This document shows, piece by piece, positions 46,162 to 55,885 of a DNA stretch of 64,000 nt. Both the position numbers and the translations under genes were made by a program. The DNA is from Oligoflexales bacterium (GTDB lineage: Bacteria; Myxococcota_A; UBA9042; DTJE01): NCBI GenBank assembly GCA_012840965.1, contig DUVQ01000121.1:14907-78906 (forward strand), written 5' to 3'. Under the pieces are notes generated by a model. That model ran no database searches. It was not told where the DNA came from and saw only the letters and a list, made by a program, of their open reading frames with translations. How positions within the stretch are numbered: position 1 is the first letter of the stretch; each line of letters begins with the position of its first letter.

Positions 46162-48159
46162 ATGCGAGTCATGAAGTTTTTAGGCACGCTAGCGCTAGTT
46201 TTTGCAGTCAGCGCAATGACCAGTTGTAAGGGCTCAGACCAGCCTACCGACGTATTTCAGGAAATTCCCGCTGCTACTGACGATTCAGTGCAGGACGAAG
46301 GCGTGGCGGACGAAGGCGTGGCGGACGAAGGTGCGGCGGACGAAGGTGCGGCGGACGAAGGTGCGGCGGACGAAGGTGCGGCGGACGAAGGTTTGGCCGA
46401 CGATACTCCTGTTGACGATGGTTCAGATGTCACAGATTCAGGGGAAGACGCTGACGCAGAGGTGTCTTGCGAGCCAAAGTGCGAAGACCGAGTCTGCGGT
46501 CCTGACCCTGTTTGCAAAGAGTCCTGTGGTACCTGCGAGGCTGGTCACAGTTGTGACTCGAATGGCCAATGCCAGCAAGATGGCTGTGAAAAGGTTTGTG
46601 GTGATCGCGTCTGTGGACCCGATCCAGTTTGTGGCCAGTCTTGCGGCGGTTGTGATGCTCCATACGAATGCAATGACGCGGGCCAATGTGAGTGCGAGCC
46701 AAATTGCCATGGCCTTGATTGCGGCCCAGATCCGAAATGTGGTCAGTCCTGCGGCGGTTGTGATGCCCCATACGAATGCAATGACGCGGGCCAATGCGAG
46801 TGCGAGCCAAATTGCCATGGCCGTGAGTGCGGCAACGATCCGAAATGTGGCCTGTCCTGTGGCGGTTGTGATGCCCCATACGAATGCAATGACGCGGGCC
46901 AATGCGAGTGCAGGCCAAATTGCGAAGGCCTTGAGTGCGGCAACGACCCGAAATGTGGCCTGTCCTGTGGGACATGTACCACCCCAGCATTTTGCAATCC
47001 CCAAGGCTTGTGCGAGTGTACTCAAGAATGTGGCCTCCGCCGCTGCGGCCCTGATCCCATTTGTGGTCAGTCGTGCGGTACTTGTAGCTCTGGTTTTAGT
47101 TGTGATTTAAACGGGCTGTGTTCGCCAGATGAATGTGCAAAACAGTGTGGTACCCGCATCTGTGGTCCCGATCCAGTCTGCGGTGCATCTTGCGGTACTT
47201 GCGACTTTGGTTATAGGTGTGATGCAGATGGTCAATGTCAGCCAGATGGATGCCTGAAACAGTGTGATGGCCGTGTTTGTGGCCCTGACCCAGTATGCGG
47301 TCAAGCCTGCGGTAATTGTGTTGGAAGCCTAGTTTGCGACCTCAAAGGTAAGTGCATCCCCAACACTGCTAGGTGTGATGGTGATTGGTGCTTTATTCAA
47401 GCAGGTACTTTCCAGATGGGCTCTCCCAGTGGCGAGCTTGGCCGTTTTCGTAATGAAGGGCCAGTTCACACAGTCACCATTACACGTCCCTTTTACATAA
47501 AACAGTACGAAGTTACCCAGGGAGAGTGGAAGTCGATGTTTCACAACAATCCGTCTCGTTTCAGCACGTGTGGTGATGAGTGCCCAGTTGATCAAGTAAA
47601 CTGGTTCGAAGCCGTTGCCTACGCGAATGCTCTTTCCGAGAAGGAAGGTCTTGAAAAGTGCTACACGATAAGCGATTGTTCAGGAATCCTTGGTTCTGGA
47701 AATCCTGATTACGACCGCTATCAATGTACAGTGACTTATCCCAATCTGCTTGACTGCAAAGGTTATCGCTTGCCAACTGAGGCTGAGTGGGAGTATGCAG
47801 CACGTGCCGGTGTTCACGGGCCCAGATATGGTGAAATTTATTCCACGACGTGGTTTTCGGGAAACAGTTCCTGGCTTACTCATCCTGCAGGCGAAAAGAG
47901 TCCCAATAACTGGGGACTATATGATGTGCTTGGCAATGTTGAGGAGTGGGTGAATGACTTGTACGACGAATACTACTACTCTTCCTGTAATACCGGTTGC
48001 CAAGATCCTTTAGGGCCTGACAATAGTGATCTTCGCGTTCAACGTGGCGGCTGTTGGGCTAATAGCATCGACTCGGTGCGGTTGGCGGTTCGTGACGGTC
48101 TCTATCCTAGATTTCGTAATGATTACAGTGGGTTCCGTCTTGCAAGGACGGTTCCCTAG
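46162..48159 (+). CDS. Paralog 3: lipoprotein with (ADEG)n acidic linker, about 9 octa-Cys repeats and an FGE/SUMF1-like domain
   Basis: Lipobox AMTSCKGS, AAGGAG RBS, complete domain ending GFRLARTVP. The repeat DNA is nearly identical between units. Confidence 0.7.
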   Translation: MRVMKFLGTLALVFAVSAMTSCKGSDQPTDVFQEIPAATDDSVQDEGVADEGVADEGAADEGAADEGAADEGAADEGLADDTPVDDGSDVTDSGEDADAEVSCEPKCEDRVCGPDPVCKESCGTCEAGHSCDSNGQCQQDGCEKVCGDRVCGPDPVCGQSCGGCDAPYECNDAGQCECEPNCHGLDCGPDPKCGQSCGGCDAPYECNDAGQCECEPNCHGRECGNDPKCGLSCGGCDAPYECNDAGQCECRPNCEGLECGNDPKCGLSCGTCTTPAFCNPQGLCECTQECGLRRCGPDPICGQSCGTCSSGFSCDLNGLCSPDECAKQCGTRICGPDPVCGASCGTCDFGYRCDADGQCQPDGCLKQCDGRVCGPDPVCGQACGNCVGSLVCDLKGKCIPNTARCDGDWCFIQAGTFQMGSPSGELGRFRNEGPVHTVTITRPFYIKQYEVTQGEWKSMFHNNPSRFSTCGDECPVDQVNWFEAVAYANALSEKEGLEKCYTISDCSGILGSGNPDYDRYQCTVTYPNLLDCKGYRLPTEAEWEYAARAGVHGPRYGEIYSTTWFSGNSSWLTHPAGEKSPNNWGLYDVLGNVEEWVNDLYDEYYYSSCNTGCQDPLGPDNSDLRVQRGGCWANSIDSVRLAVRDGLYPRFRNDYSGFRLARTVP

Positions 48160-48261
48160 TCGTTTGGCCCAAAGCCTCCCTTTGCCCCAAAACACCCTAA
48201 TATTCACCATATTTGCAGCCTTGTAGTTGGAATTCCCCTTGTTAACGAGTATCCTTCGCGC

Positions 48262-48648
48262 ATGAAACCGACGCCTTTTACAATTTTTTGCGGTTATTAC
48301 TTGGGATTGGATAAAGAATTCAATTACCGGTTTTTTAACCAGGACCAGTTGGCGCGTCATCTTGGGATCGACCCATCTGAGCTGCGCCACCTGATGGAAG
48401 AATACTATTTGACGCCTGAAATTGTGCGCCACGTGGACTACAATCTGGTAAAGGCTCATGCCACAGCCCAGGAAATAGTGACCTTTGGTGGTGGTGAAGA
48501 CATCAGGGTGTTTGCCAGGCGTACCTTTGAAGAATTCATCCAGGCGTTACAAAAGTACGACCCTACCAAAGACTTCGAAGGTGTGGATTATGACAACCTG
48601 TTTCCAGGTGATCCGCCTCCTGATGAAGACGATGATGTTGTTTTGTGA
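48262..48648 (+). CDS. Hypothetical protein (128 aa), acidic C-terminus, immediately upstream of the NifH-like gene
   Basis: ORF only. Confidence 0.3.
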   Translation: MKPTPFTIFCGYYLGLDKEFNYRFFNQDQLARHLGIDPSELRHLMEEYYLTPEIVRHVDYNLVKAHATAQEIVTFGGGEDIRVFARRTFEEFIQALQKYDPTKDFEGVDYDNLFPGDPPPDEDDDVVL

Positions 48649-48680
48649 CCCTGCATATTGATGGATCCAAGGAGGCAGTG

Positions 48681-49514
48681 ATGTCGCGTCCCAAAGCTAG
48701 GATGTTTGCGATGTATGGAAAGGGTGGGATTGGTAAATCCACCGTTTCATCCAACATATCGGCGGTACTGGCCAAGCAGGGTAAAAAGGTTTTGCATGTT
48801 GGCTGCGATCCCAAAGCAGATTCAACCCTTACTTTGCTGGATGGCCAACCAGTTAAGACAGTCATCCAAAAAATCGCTGGGCGCATCAGTTCCCCGGACG
48901 ACATCATCATGCCTGGGATATTGGGACTTTCTTGCATCGAGTGTGGTGGTCCTGAACCTGGGGTTGGGTGCGGAGGTCGCGGTGTTTCAAGGATGTTCGA
49001 GGTTTTGGATGACCTGGAATTGATTGAAGATGGCGAATATGACGTGGCCGTTTTTGACGTGCTGGGTGACGTCGTGTGTGGTGGCTTTGCGGCACCGCTT
49101 CGCCAGGGGCGAGCAGAACTGGTCTACATCGTTGTAAGCGAAAGCGTGATGGCGCTGTTTGCGGCAAATAACATCGCCAGGGCCATGAAACGTTTCGCTT
49201 CAAATGGAATTGCGCTTGGTGGATTAATAGTCAACCAAGCGGATGAGCACACCCCAATCGAAGGCCTACACAAGTTTGCCAAAGCTCTTGGGACCAGGAT
49301 TATTGGGGTGGTTCCGAGGGACCCTGCAATCAGAAAGGCAGAGGTGATGAAGCGCCCAGTTGTTGACATCGCGCCAGAATCAAAGGCCGCAGCTGTGTTT
49401 GCTGAACTTGCAAACGCCATAATGCAGGATTCTGTTGAAGCGCATCAGGTGCCAACGCCTTTTGACGATGCCGGTTTTGACGCCTTCATAGAACAGACGT
49501 TTGGACAGTCATGA
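48681..49514 (+). CDS. NifH/BchL-family ATPase (nitrogenase iron-protein-like); both [4Fe-4S] bridging Cys conserved
   Basis: YGKGGIGKST Walker A. CGGPEPGVGCGGRGV and DVLGDVVCGGFA match the NifH Cys97/Cys132 contexts. AAGGAGG RBS at the internal ATG. Confidence 0.8.
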   Translation: MSRPKARMFAMYGKGGIGKSTVSSNISAVLAKQGKKVLHVGCDPKADSTLTLLDGQPVKTVIQKIAGRISSPDDIIMPGILGLSCIECGGPEPGVGCGGRGVSRMFEVLDDLELIEDGEYDVAVFDVLGDVVCGGFAAPLRQGRAELVYIVVSESVMALFAANNIARAMKRFASNGIALGGLIVNQADEHTPIEGLHKFAKALGTRIIGVVPRDPAIRKAEVMKRPVVDIAPESKAAAVFAELANAIMQDSVEAHQVPTPFDDAGFDAFIEQTFGQS

Positions 49515-50581
49515 TGGACAGGCCTGGATTTGTGACTGGGGTGGCCTTGGTGGCCAACGCCGTAGCTCGGGAAATCTTCAAGGTGGATGCTTCACCTGAG
49601 GCTATTGAGGCGGTTCAGGCTGTTGTTGAACAGCATGACAGTAAAGGCTGGTGGGGCCAGATAGTTGGTGCTGACGCTTCGGGGCCTGGTTTTGACCTTT
49701 CGCGGTGTGAAAGTTCTGGAAATGATTGGGTGGACGGTTACCAAGAGGCCTTGACAGCTTTGGCCGCGGCTATTGAAGCTGTGCCCCTAGAACCAAATTC
49801 CATCGCTGTGGTTGGGATGCTCCTTGATCGGCGTGAAGCTGATCGTCGTGCTGATTATGATGAGTTGGCAGGCTACTTGGCCGCTCTTGGGTTGGATTTT
49901 TGCGGTTTTTTTCCCGCTTTTGATGTTGTGGATAGCTCCCAACTAAAGGACATCGCGCCTGCTTCAACCATTATTTCACTTCCTTACGGACGCAAAGCGG
50001 CGCACGCCATCTCAAAAAAAACTGGTGCCAAGCTCATCGAGCTGGACCTGCCAATTGGATTTGCCGGGACGAGCGATTGGATTAGCGAGGTGGCCCTTGC
50101 ATGTGGGCGTCAGCAGGCGGCTGAACAGTTGATCAAATCCAAACTTGGCTCAGCAGTACCAAAACTTGAATGGGTAGTCCCTTTTTGGTTGCTGCATCGC
50201 CGAATCTTGCTGGTTGGTGATGTCTACAAAGTTAAAGGTTGGGCCGAAGCCTTGCACGAATTTGGATGCAATGTCTTGGGCGCGATTTGCACCGGTGGAA
50301 ATCCAGCCAGCGCCCCAGATATCAACTGGATTGATAATATTCCTGATGACTTGGAAGTCGATTTAGTCATCGGAAGTCAAGTCGCCGAGGCCAAAGGCCT
50401 GCCATTTTTAGAAATGGGATTTCCAAATTTTGGTGAACATTTCATTTATTCCAGGCCAGAACTTGGTTTCGCAGGCACTCTTGCTACGGTGGAGGCGATC
50501 ATCAACAGGCTGGCCTTGACATCCGTGATGCGCCACTGGCCAGGCGGCAGGGTCAAGTTTGACCTTAGAAAAGATCCCTGA
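49511..50581 (+). CDS. Nitrogenase component-1-like (NifD/K/BchB family) protein of only 356 aa, lacking the N-terminal cluster-Cys domain
   Basis: The C-terminal DLVIGSQVAEAKGLPFLEMGFPNFGEHFIYSRPELGFAGT resembles the conserved NifD/K/E/N/BchB C-terminal Rossmann segment. ATGA overlap with the upstream stop. Confidence 0.5.
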   Translation: MMDRPGFVTGVALVANAVAREIFKVDASPEAIEAVQAVVEQHDSKGWWGQIVGADASGPGFDLSRCESSGNDWVDGYQEALTALAAAIEAVPLEPNSIAVVGMLLDRREADRRADYDELAGYLAALGLDFCGFFPAFDVVDSSQLKDIAPASTIISLPYGRKAAHAISKKTGAKLIELDLPIGFAGTSDWISEVALACGRQQAAEQLIKSKLGSAVPKLEWVVPFWLLHRRILLVGDVYKVKGWAEALHEFGCNVLGAICTGGNPASAPDINWIDNIPDDLEVDLVIGSQVAEAKGLPFLEMGFPNFGEHFIYSRPELGFAGTLATVEAIINRLALTSVMRHWPGGRVKFDLRKDP

Positions 50582-51326
50582 CTGAATAAAGTCCTGGTTT
50601 TTTAAGGACTAATTTTTCGCCCAAAGTTAGAGCTCCTTGTGCGAAGGCCATTCTCGATGAGGCCCTGTGAGTAATCTCGATTCGATCATGTGGCCCCAGG
50701 AAATAGATGGTGTGATCCCCGACTACTTCACCCCCTCGGACTGATAACAAGCCAAGTTCGTTGTCCTTTCTGGCTCCGGCGCCCCTGTTTGTGACTACCT
50801 GCAGGCCATTGCCAAGGGTTGAAGCCAAGGACAAGGCCGTCCCAGATGGGGCATCCTTTTTGTGGCGATGGTGTATCTCAACTATTTCCACGTCATACGT
50901 TGGACCCAGGATCTCCTTAGCCTTGGTGGCCAATTCATGCATGGCAAGGACGCCAATGCTGGTGTTCGCAGCCCACAAGACTGGGATTTTTTGGCTGGCG
51001 ATTTTGATCCTTTCATGGTCTTGCTCGGACAAACCTGTAGTCCCGCTTACCACTGGAATATTCAGGTCCGCCATGGTTTCGATGAAGCTAACTGACGCTT
51101 CGGGGGCGCTGAAATCAATGGCTAGATTTCCATTTAAGGACTTCCAGGAACTTGCATCTGAAGAACTCAAAATAGTTGTGGGGCCAAGTGGGGTGTTTTG
51201 GATAGTGCCAACATCTGGATGATTTGGTGCCTCTATAGCAGCTGCCAACTGGAATTTTCCTGCGGCGGCCTCCATAATCATTTGCCCCATCCGCCCCATT
51301 GCACCGTTTATTATTAATTTCAACAC
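50565..51326 (-). CDS. dapB: 4-hydroxy-tetrahydrodipicolinate reductase
   Basis: MLKLIINGAMGRMGQMI...; DapB N- and C-terminal domains. Confidence 0.8.
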   Translation of the reverse strand: MLKLIINGAMGRMGQMIMEAAAGKFQLAAAIEAPNHPDVGTIQNTPLGPTTILSSSDASSWKSLNGNLAIDFSAPEASVSFIETMADLNIPVVSGTTGLSEQDHERIKIASQKIPVLWAANTSIGVLAMHELATKAKEILGPTYDVEIVEIHHRHKKDAPSGTALSLASTLGNGLQVVTNRGAGARKDNELGLLSVRGGEVVGDHTIYFLGPHDRIEITHRASSRMAFAQGALTLGEKLVLKKPGLYSVRDLF

Positions 51327-51353
51327 CTTTTTACTCCTGTCAGTGGCGTCAAT

Positions 51354-52382
51354 TTACTGGGCCCTAGCTTTAAATATTGCTTCAGCTTCAGCTACTGTCC
51401 TTTCGACTAGCTCTGAAACTGTTGGTAAATCCTGGATCAACCCAGCGATTTGCCCAATGGGCAGTGCCCCCTTGTCCAAGTTGCCATCAGCACACGCTAA
51501 TTCAAACCCTTTAAAGGCATTAGCCATGAAGGCCATCTTTTCGATGTTTTTTGGGCCTGATGCTGCCACACCCAAAGCTAGTTTCAAGTATGGAACATCC
51601 ATCATTTCAGCTATTTGTCGCGAATTTAGGAAGGCCCTTGGCAGATCTAGGCCTCGTTTGACCGCCTTTTGCGCACCTGGGGCCTTCAAAATCCTGCAGG
51701 GCTGACCATCGAACCTTGATGAATAGATCGTGTCATAGGGGCTAGCCTTTAATGCGGCATCTTTGGCGGCTTGGGCAACTGGGCTTTCTTTGGTCAGCAT
51801 CAGCCTAGTTCCCATCGCCACACCTTGGGCACCAAGGGCTAAAGCCGCAGCAAGTCCTCGACCATCGGCAATTCCACCAGCAGCGACCACCGGGATGGAA
51901 ACAGCATCGACCAGAGTTGGCACCAAAACCATGGTGGTGACATCGCCACCGTGAGCGGCGGCCTCGTGGCCTGTCACCAGCAAGGCATGGGCACCCCAGC
52001 TTTCGGCAGCCTTAGCATGTTTTGCATTGACAACGGTGGCAATAACCCTGCCGCCATACGATTTTGCAGCATCAACAATCCAATCACCCTTTCCCATGGA
52101 CACGTTTATTATCGGGACTTGTTCATCCAGCAGGACCTGTGCGTTTTCGCGAGCCCCCGGGAAATAGAGGGTGGCATTTGCACCAAAGGGTTTGTCGGTC
52201 AGTTGCCGAATTTTGCGAACCGCCTCTCTGGTTTGCTTGGCCCCATAAACACCAGTAGCCAAGATTCCAAGGCCACCAGCGTTGCTTACTGCAGCCACCA
52301 TTTCTGGGGTGCTGACCCAGCTCATTCCAGACAGCAGAATTGGATGTTTGATACCGAATAGTTCAGTGATTTCTGTTTTCAC
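51354..52382 (-). CDS. Nitronate monooxygenase / FabK-like FMN enoyl reductase family protein
   Basis: NMO family patterns GIKHPILLSGMSWVS, AAGGIADGRGLAAALALGAQGVAMGTR. Confidence 0.7.
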   Translation of the reverse strand: MKTEITELFGIKHPILLSGMSWVSTPEMVAAVSNAGGLGILATGVYGAKQTREAVRKIRQLTDKPFGANATLYFPGARENAQVLLDEQVPIINVSMGKGDWIVDAAKSYGGRVIATVVNAKHAKAAESWGAHALLVTGHEAAAHGGDVTTMVLVPTLVDAVSIPVVAAGGIADGRGLAAALALGAQGVAMGTRLMLTKESPVAQAAKDAALKASPYDTIYSSRFDGQPCRILKAPGAQKAVKRGLDLPRAFLNSRQIAEMMDVPYLKLALGVAASGPKNIEKMAFMANAFKGFELACADGNLDKGALPIGQIAGLIQDLPTVSELVERTVAEAEAIFKARAQ

Positions 52383-52450
52383 AGGAGCCTCCAGGCAGGG
52401 TTCCAGGGCCTAGGCTAAATGTTTAGCGCTGTGTTGTAAATGGAATTGTG

Positions 52451-52500
52451 CGGGGCGGGGTGGGGGAGGCGGGGCCGGGAGCGGGGGCAGGGGCGGGGGC
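52451..52500. repeat. G-rich tract (GGGGCGGGGTGGGGGAGGCGGGGCCGGGAGCGGGGGCAGGGGCGGGGGC)
   Basis: Direct reading. Intergenic, 3' of the MopE-like gene. Confidence 0.75.
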
Positions 52501-54512
52501 TATTGGCAGGGCTGTACTTGGCTTCTTCTTACCGGCCTACATTCGTTGCCAACCTTGCTACAGGCGATAACGACAGTGCCAGTTTCCCCGCATTCTGGAA
52601 GGGGCTCTAGCCAGCCTTCAAGGTGAAGACATACAATTGTCCCCTCCAAACCGGTTTCTTTCCTGCAGTAGCCAGGTGAATACAACTCCTGCATCGTTTC
52701 TTTGCCGTCACAGTCGTAGTCGAAGTTGTTGCAGTTGTTTTTTGTGGCAAAGAAATCGGTGACGCCCCTATGTACCCTTGAGTCAAGGTCACAGCAATCA
52801 GTTGAGCTGGCCACGTACCCCGCTGGAGGTGTGTCTCTGCATTCACAAGCACTTGGCTCATTAAGTGCTCCGTATCCATCGCCGTCTCTATCTCGGTAGT
52901 AGGTTTTACATTTGAGCGAGCCCGGTTCGTCCGTCTCTCCGTCACAGTCGAGGTCTAGGCCAGAGCACATTTCAGGTCTTGCCTCATATTTCTGGGCGCA
53001 GTTGAGTGCACCGTCTATACAGGTCCACGTGCCCCATTGGCAAATACCAGGCTTACCAGTCTCACAATCTCTGCCATCTTGTGAAAAACTCTCGTCCGTT
53101 TCCCCATCGCAGTCGTTATCTAGGCCATCGCATTCTTCTGTCTCGACATCTTTTATCGGCCAACACCAAAGTTTACCACCTGAACAGTACTGCCTGCCGT
53201 ATTTACAAACACCAAGCATACCTGTGTCACAGTTTTGGCCATCATCAGAGCTATCTTCGTCTGTCTCCCCATCACAGTCGTTGTCTAGGCCATCACAGAC
53301 TTCATGGGACGATGGTGTTTTCGGTTCGCAAGCCAGTGATCCGTTTCTACACACCCGCTTGCCGTCTTTGCAAACACCATCCAAGCGTGTGTCACAATCT
53401 TGGCCATCTTCTGGAAAACTTTCGTCCGTCTCCCCATCACAGTCGTTGTCTAGGCCATCACAGATTTCATGGGACGATGGCGTTTTCTGTTCGCAAGCCA
53501 GTGCTCCGTTTCTACAGACCCACTTGCCGTCTTTGCAAACACCCAGTTTACCGGTGTCACAATTCTGGCCATCTTCAGGAACATCTTCATCAGTCTCGCC
53601 ATCACAGTCGTCGTCCAAGCCATTGCACTTTTCCACAGATGCCTGCGTTGTCTGGGTACAGACGAATGCCCCCCTAATACAGACCATGGTAGCCGCGCTA
53701 CAAACACCCAACTTGTCAGGAACTAGAACACAATCTTGACCACCCCCAGGGTTGTCTTCGTCAATTCGACCATCGCAGTTGTTGTCTTTACCATCGCAGA
53801 TTTCTTCAGTCGGTTGCTTAGTTTGGTTGCAAACAAGAGTTCCATCTTTACAAGTAGTTGTGCCAATTGCGCAGACCCCCTGCAATTCTGTGTCACAATC
53901 CTGACCACTCTCAGGATTGTCTTCGTCGGTCTGGCCATCGCAGTCATTGTCTTTGCCGTCACAAATTTCATCAGTTGGGTCGCCAGGAATGCATTCATTT
54001 AGCACACCATCGGTACATTTCGCGACTTCCCTGAAACATTCTCCGATGCCACAAGTTATGGTCTCACCATTGTCGGCCGGGGTGTTGGTACAGCCTGATT
54101 CGGGCTTGCAACTATCAGCCGTGCAAGGGTTTTTATCGTCACAATCAATAGCCGGGCCACTTATGCACTCACCATCCAAGCAAGTGTCCGGGCCGGTGCA
54201 CCGATCTCCATCAGAGCATGGCGCATCATTTTCCAGCAAGACTTCCGTGCATTCCTTATCAAGGCATTTGAACACGTGGCACTGCTTTGGCTGTTTGTCG
54301 CAGTCTTGATCAAGCTCACACGCGACAGGCTCGGTACTGTCATCATCTTCAAACGCGCCATCATCTCCGTGCTGGCCGCGGTCGTGTTTTGCATCTGTGG
54401 CCGATTTTGAGTCCAGGTCCAGGGCATCCGAATTATTCAAGTCACCACCCCCCTTACATCCCAAGGCCAAAGTGGCGACTATCAAAGGCAACAATGCTAA
54501 GCGCGGCTTCAT
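52500..54512 (-). CDS. Secreted lipoprotein with 7 or more MopE-type putative metal-binding repeats (CDGxDNDCDGxTDE) and Cys-rich C-terminal modules
   Basis: Lipobox LALGCKGG after the internal ATG (GAGGAA RBS). Repeated CDGKDNDCDGQTDED / CDGLDNDCDGETDES. Confidence 0.7.
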   Translation of the reverse strand: MKPRLALLPLIVATLALGCKGGGDLNNSDALDLDSKSATDAKHDRGQHGDDGAFEDDDSTEPVACELDQDCDKQPKQCHVFKCLDKECTEVLLENDAPCSDGDRCTGPDTCLDGECISGPAIDCDDKNPCTADSCKPESGCTNTPADNGETITCGIGECFREVAKCTDGVLNECIPGDPTDEICDGKDNDCDGQTDEDNPESGQDCDTELQGVCAIGTTTCKDGTLVCNQTKQPTEEICDGKDNNCDGRIDEDNPGGGQDCVLVPDKLGVCSAATMVCIRGAFVCTQTTQASVEKCNGLDDDCDGETDEDVPEDGQNCDTGKLGVCKDGKWVCRNGALACEQKTPSSHEICDGLDNDCDGETDESFPEDGQDCDTRLDGVCKDGKRVCRNGSLACEPKTPSSHEVCDGLDNDCDGETDEDSSDDGQNCDTGMLGVCKYGRQYCSGGKLWCWPIKDVETEECDGLDNDCDGETDESFSQDGRDCETGKPGICQWGTWTCIDGALNCAQKYEARPEMCSGLDLDCDGETDEPGSLKCKTYYRDRDGDGYGALNEPSACECRDTPPAGYVASSTDCCDLDSRVHRGVTDFFATKNNCNNFDYDCDGKETMQELYSPGYCRKETGLEGTIVCLHLEGWLEPLPECGETGTVVIACSKVGNECRPVRRSQVQPCQ

Positions 54513-54602
54513 CGCGGTTCCTCGGAACATGATGCTGGCGATTTTATAATCCATCCTTCGAGGATGCAATAAATCGGGGTGGTTAATAGCGAAAATTTTG
54601 TG

Positions 54603-54690
54603 AGGCGGAGCGGGGTGAAGGGGGCAGGGACAGGGGCAGGGATGGGGACAGGATCAGGAACAGGAACAGGAGACAGGGCCAGGAAAGGCT
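54603..54690. repeat. G-rich hexamer tract (GGCGGAGCGGGGTGAAGGGGGCAGGGACAGGGGCAGGGATGGGGACAGGATCAGGAACAGGAACAGGAGACAGGG)
   Basis: Direct reading. Lies in the divergent promoter region between the MopE-like gene and ord. Confidence 0.75.
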
Positions 54691-54836
54691 CAAGCTCAGT
54701 TTCACCTTTTTGCACTTTTGTGCAGTTTGTTAGCTTCATTTGCTGTTGGGTGTGGTAGAGTCTGGCTACACCACTGTTCCTGCCATCCCGGCGGTTCGAA
54801 CGGGTTCCGCTTTTAAACACATTTTGGGGGTTTTCA

Positions 54837-55871
54837 ATGATTCGAGTCATTCAATGGGGACTTGGCGCCATGGGTAGTGGCATGGCCAAATTGATTTTGG
54901 AAAAGGATGGCTTGCAGCTGGTTGGCGCCATCGACACCAGACCTGAATATGCCGGCAAAGACGTCGGCAGTGTCTTGGGGCTTGGACGTGAACTCGGGGT
55001 CGAGGTCCAAGCCACCCCAGACGGCCTGCTTGATCCCGATGTGGCCGATATAGTCGTCATTGCAACCACTTCTTGGACTGCCCAGCAAATGCCCCAGCTA
55101 CGCCAGATTCTAGGCAGTGGCCTCAATTGCATCTCAATCGCCGAAGAAATGGCCTCACCTGAAGCTCAAAGTCCAGAATTGGCCACCGAACTTGACCAAC
55201 TGGCAAAAGCAAACAACGTTTCAGTTTTGGGAACTGGCGTCAACCCTGGTTTCGTCTTGGATCTACTTGTGGTCACTCTCTCCGGAGTTTGCCACAAGGT
55301 TGATCGCATCGAGGCCAGCCGCGTCAACGATTTAAGCCCTTATGGGCCAACAGTTATGGCGACCCAAGGAGTCGGAATCACCCCTGAGGCTTTTAAAGAA
55401 GGCGTCGCCAACGGCACCATCGTCGGCCACGTCGGCTTCCCCGAAAGCATCAGGATGATCTCGGACGCCCTTGGCCTAGGTGTTGATCGCGTTGTTGAAA
55501 CTCGTGAACCCATCGTGTCCAAGGTCCTGCGTGAAGCCGCCCACGTGACGGTTCAGCCCGGGATGGTCGCTGGATGCAAGCATATCGCGGTCGGATACGC
55601 AGGTGATAAGGCGGTTGTCAAACTGGTTCACCCCCAGCAGGTCCATCCGCATCTGGAAGGGCAAAGCACTGGTGACTACATCAACATCTATGGAACGCCA
55701 GATATTGTGATGTCCACCGGACCTGAAATTGCCGGTGGAATTGCAACCCAGGGGCTTGCAGTAAACATGGTTCCACATGTAGTCCAAGCAAGCCCAGGTT
55801 TAAAGAATATGTTGGACCTGCCGGCCCCAGCGGCGTTGATGGGGGCAAGCGCGTACAGGCGCAGAGTTTGA
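54837..55871 (+). CDS. ord: 2,4-diaminopentanoate dehydrogenase (DapB-like NAD(P) fold)
   Basis: 344 aa. N-terminal Rossmann VIQWGLGAMGSGMAK. Size and context match the Clostridium sticklandii ord-ortAB-oraSE cluster. Confidence 0.7.
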   Translation: MIRVIQWGLGAMGSGMAKLILEKDGLQLVGAIDTRPEYAGKDVGSVLGLGRELGVEVQATPDGLLDPDVADIVVIATTSWTAQQMPQLRQILGSGLNCISIAEEMASPEAQSPELATELDQLAKANNVSVLGTGVNPGFVLDLLVVTLSGVCHKVDRIEASRVNDLSPYGPTVMATQGVGITPEAFKEGVANGTIVGHVGFPESIRMISDALGLGVDRVVETREPIVSKVLREAAHVTVQPGMVAGCKHIAVGYAGDKAVVKLVHPQQVHPHLEGQSTGDYINIYGTPDIVMSTGPEIAGGIATQGLAVNMVPHVVQASPGLKNMLDLPAPAALMGASAYRRRV

Positions 55872-55885
55872 ACAAGGAGGGCGAC

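Noticed and set aside
42673-47025. Antisense ORFs (368, 297, 195, 186 aa) opposite the FGE-domain paralogs
   Set aside because: Same repeat-driven artefact. His/Arg-rich nonsense translations.
50761-51222. Plus-strand ORF (153 aa) overlapping dapB
   Set aside because: Antisense to a strongly supported DapB.
52912-54309. Plus-strand ORFs (275, 223, 130 aa) overlapping the MopE-like gene
   Set aside because: Ser/Pro/His-rich low-complexity translations opposite a well-supported minus-strand lipoprotein gene.
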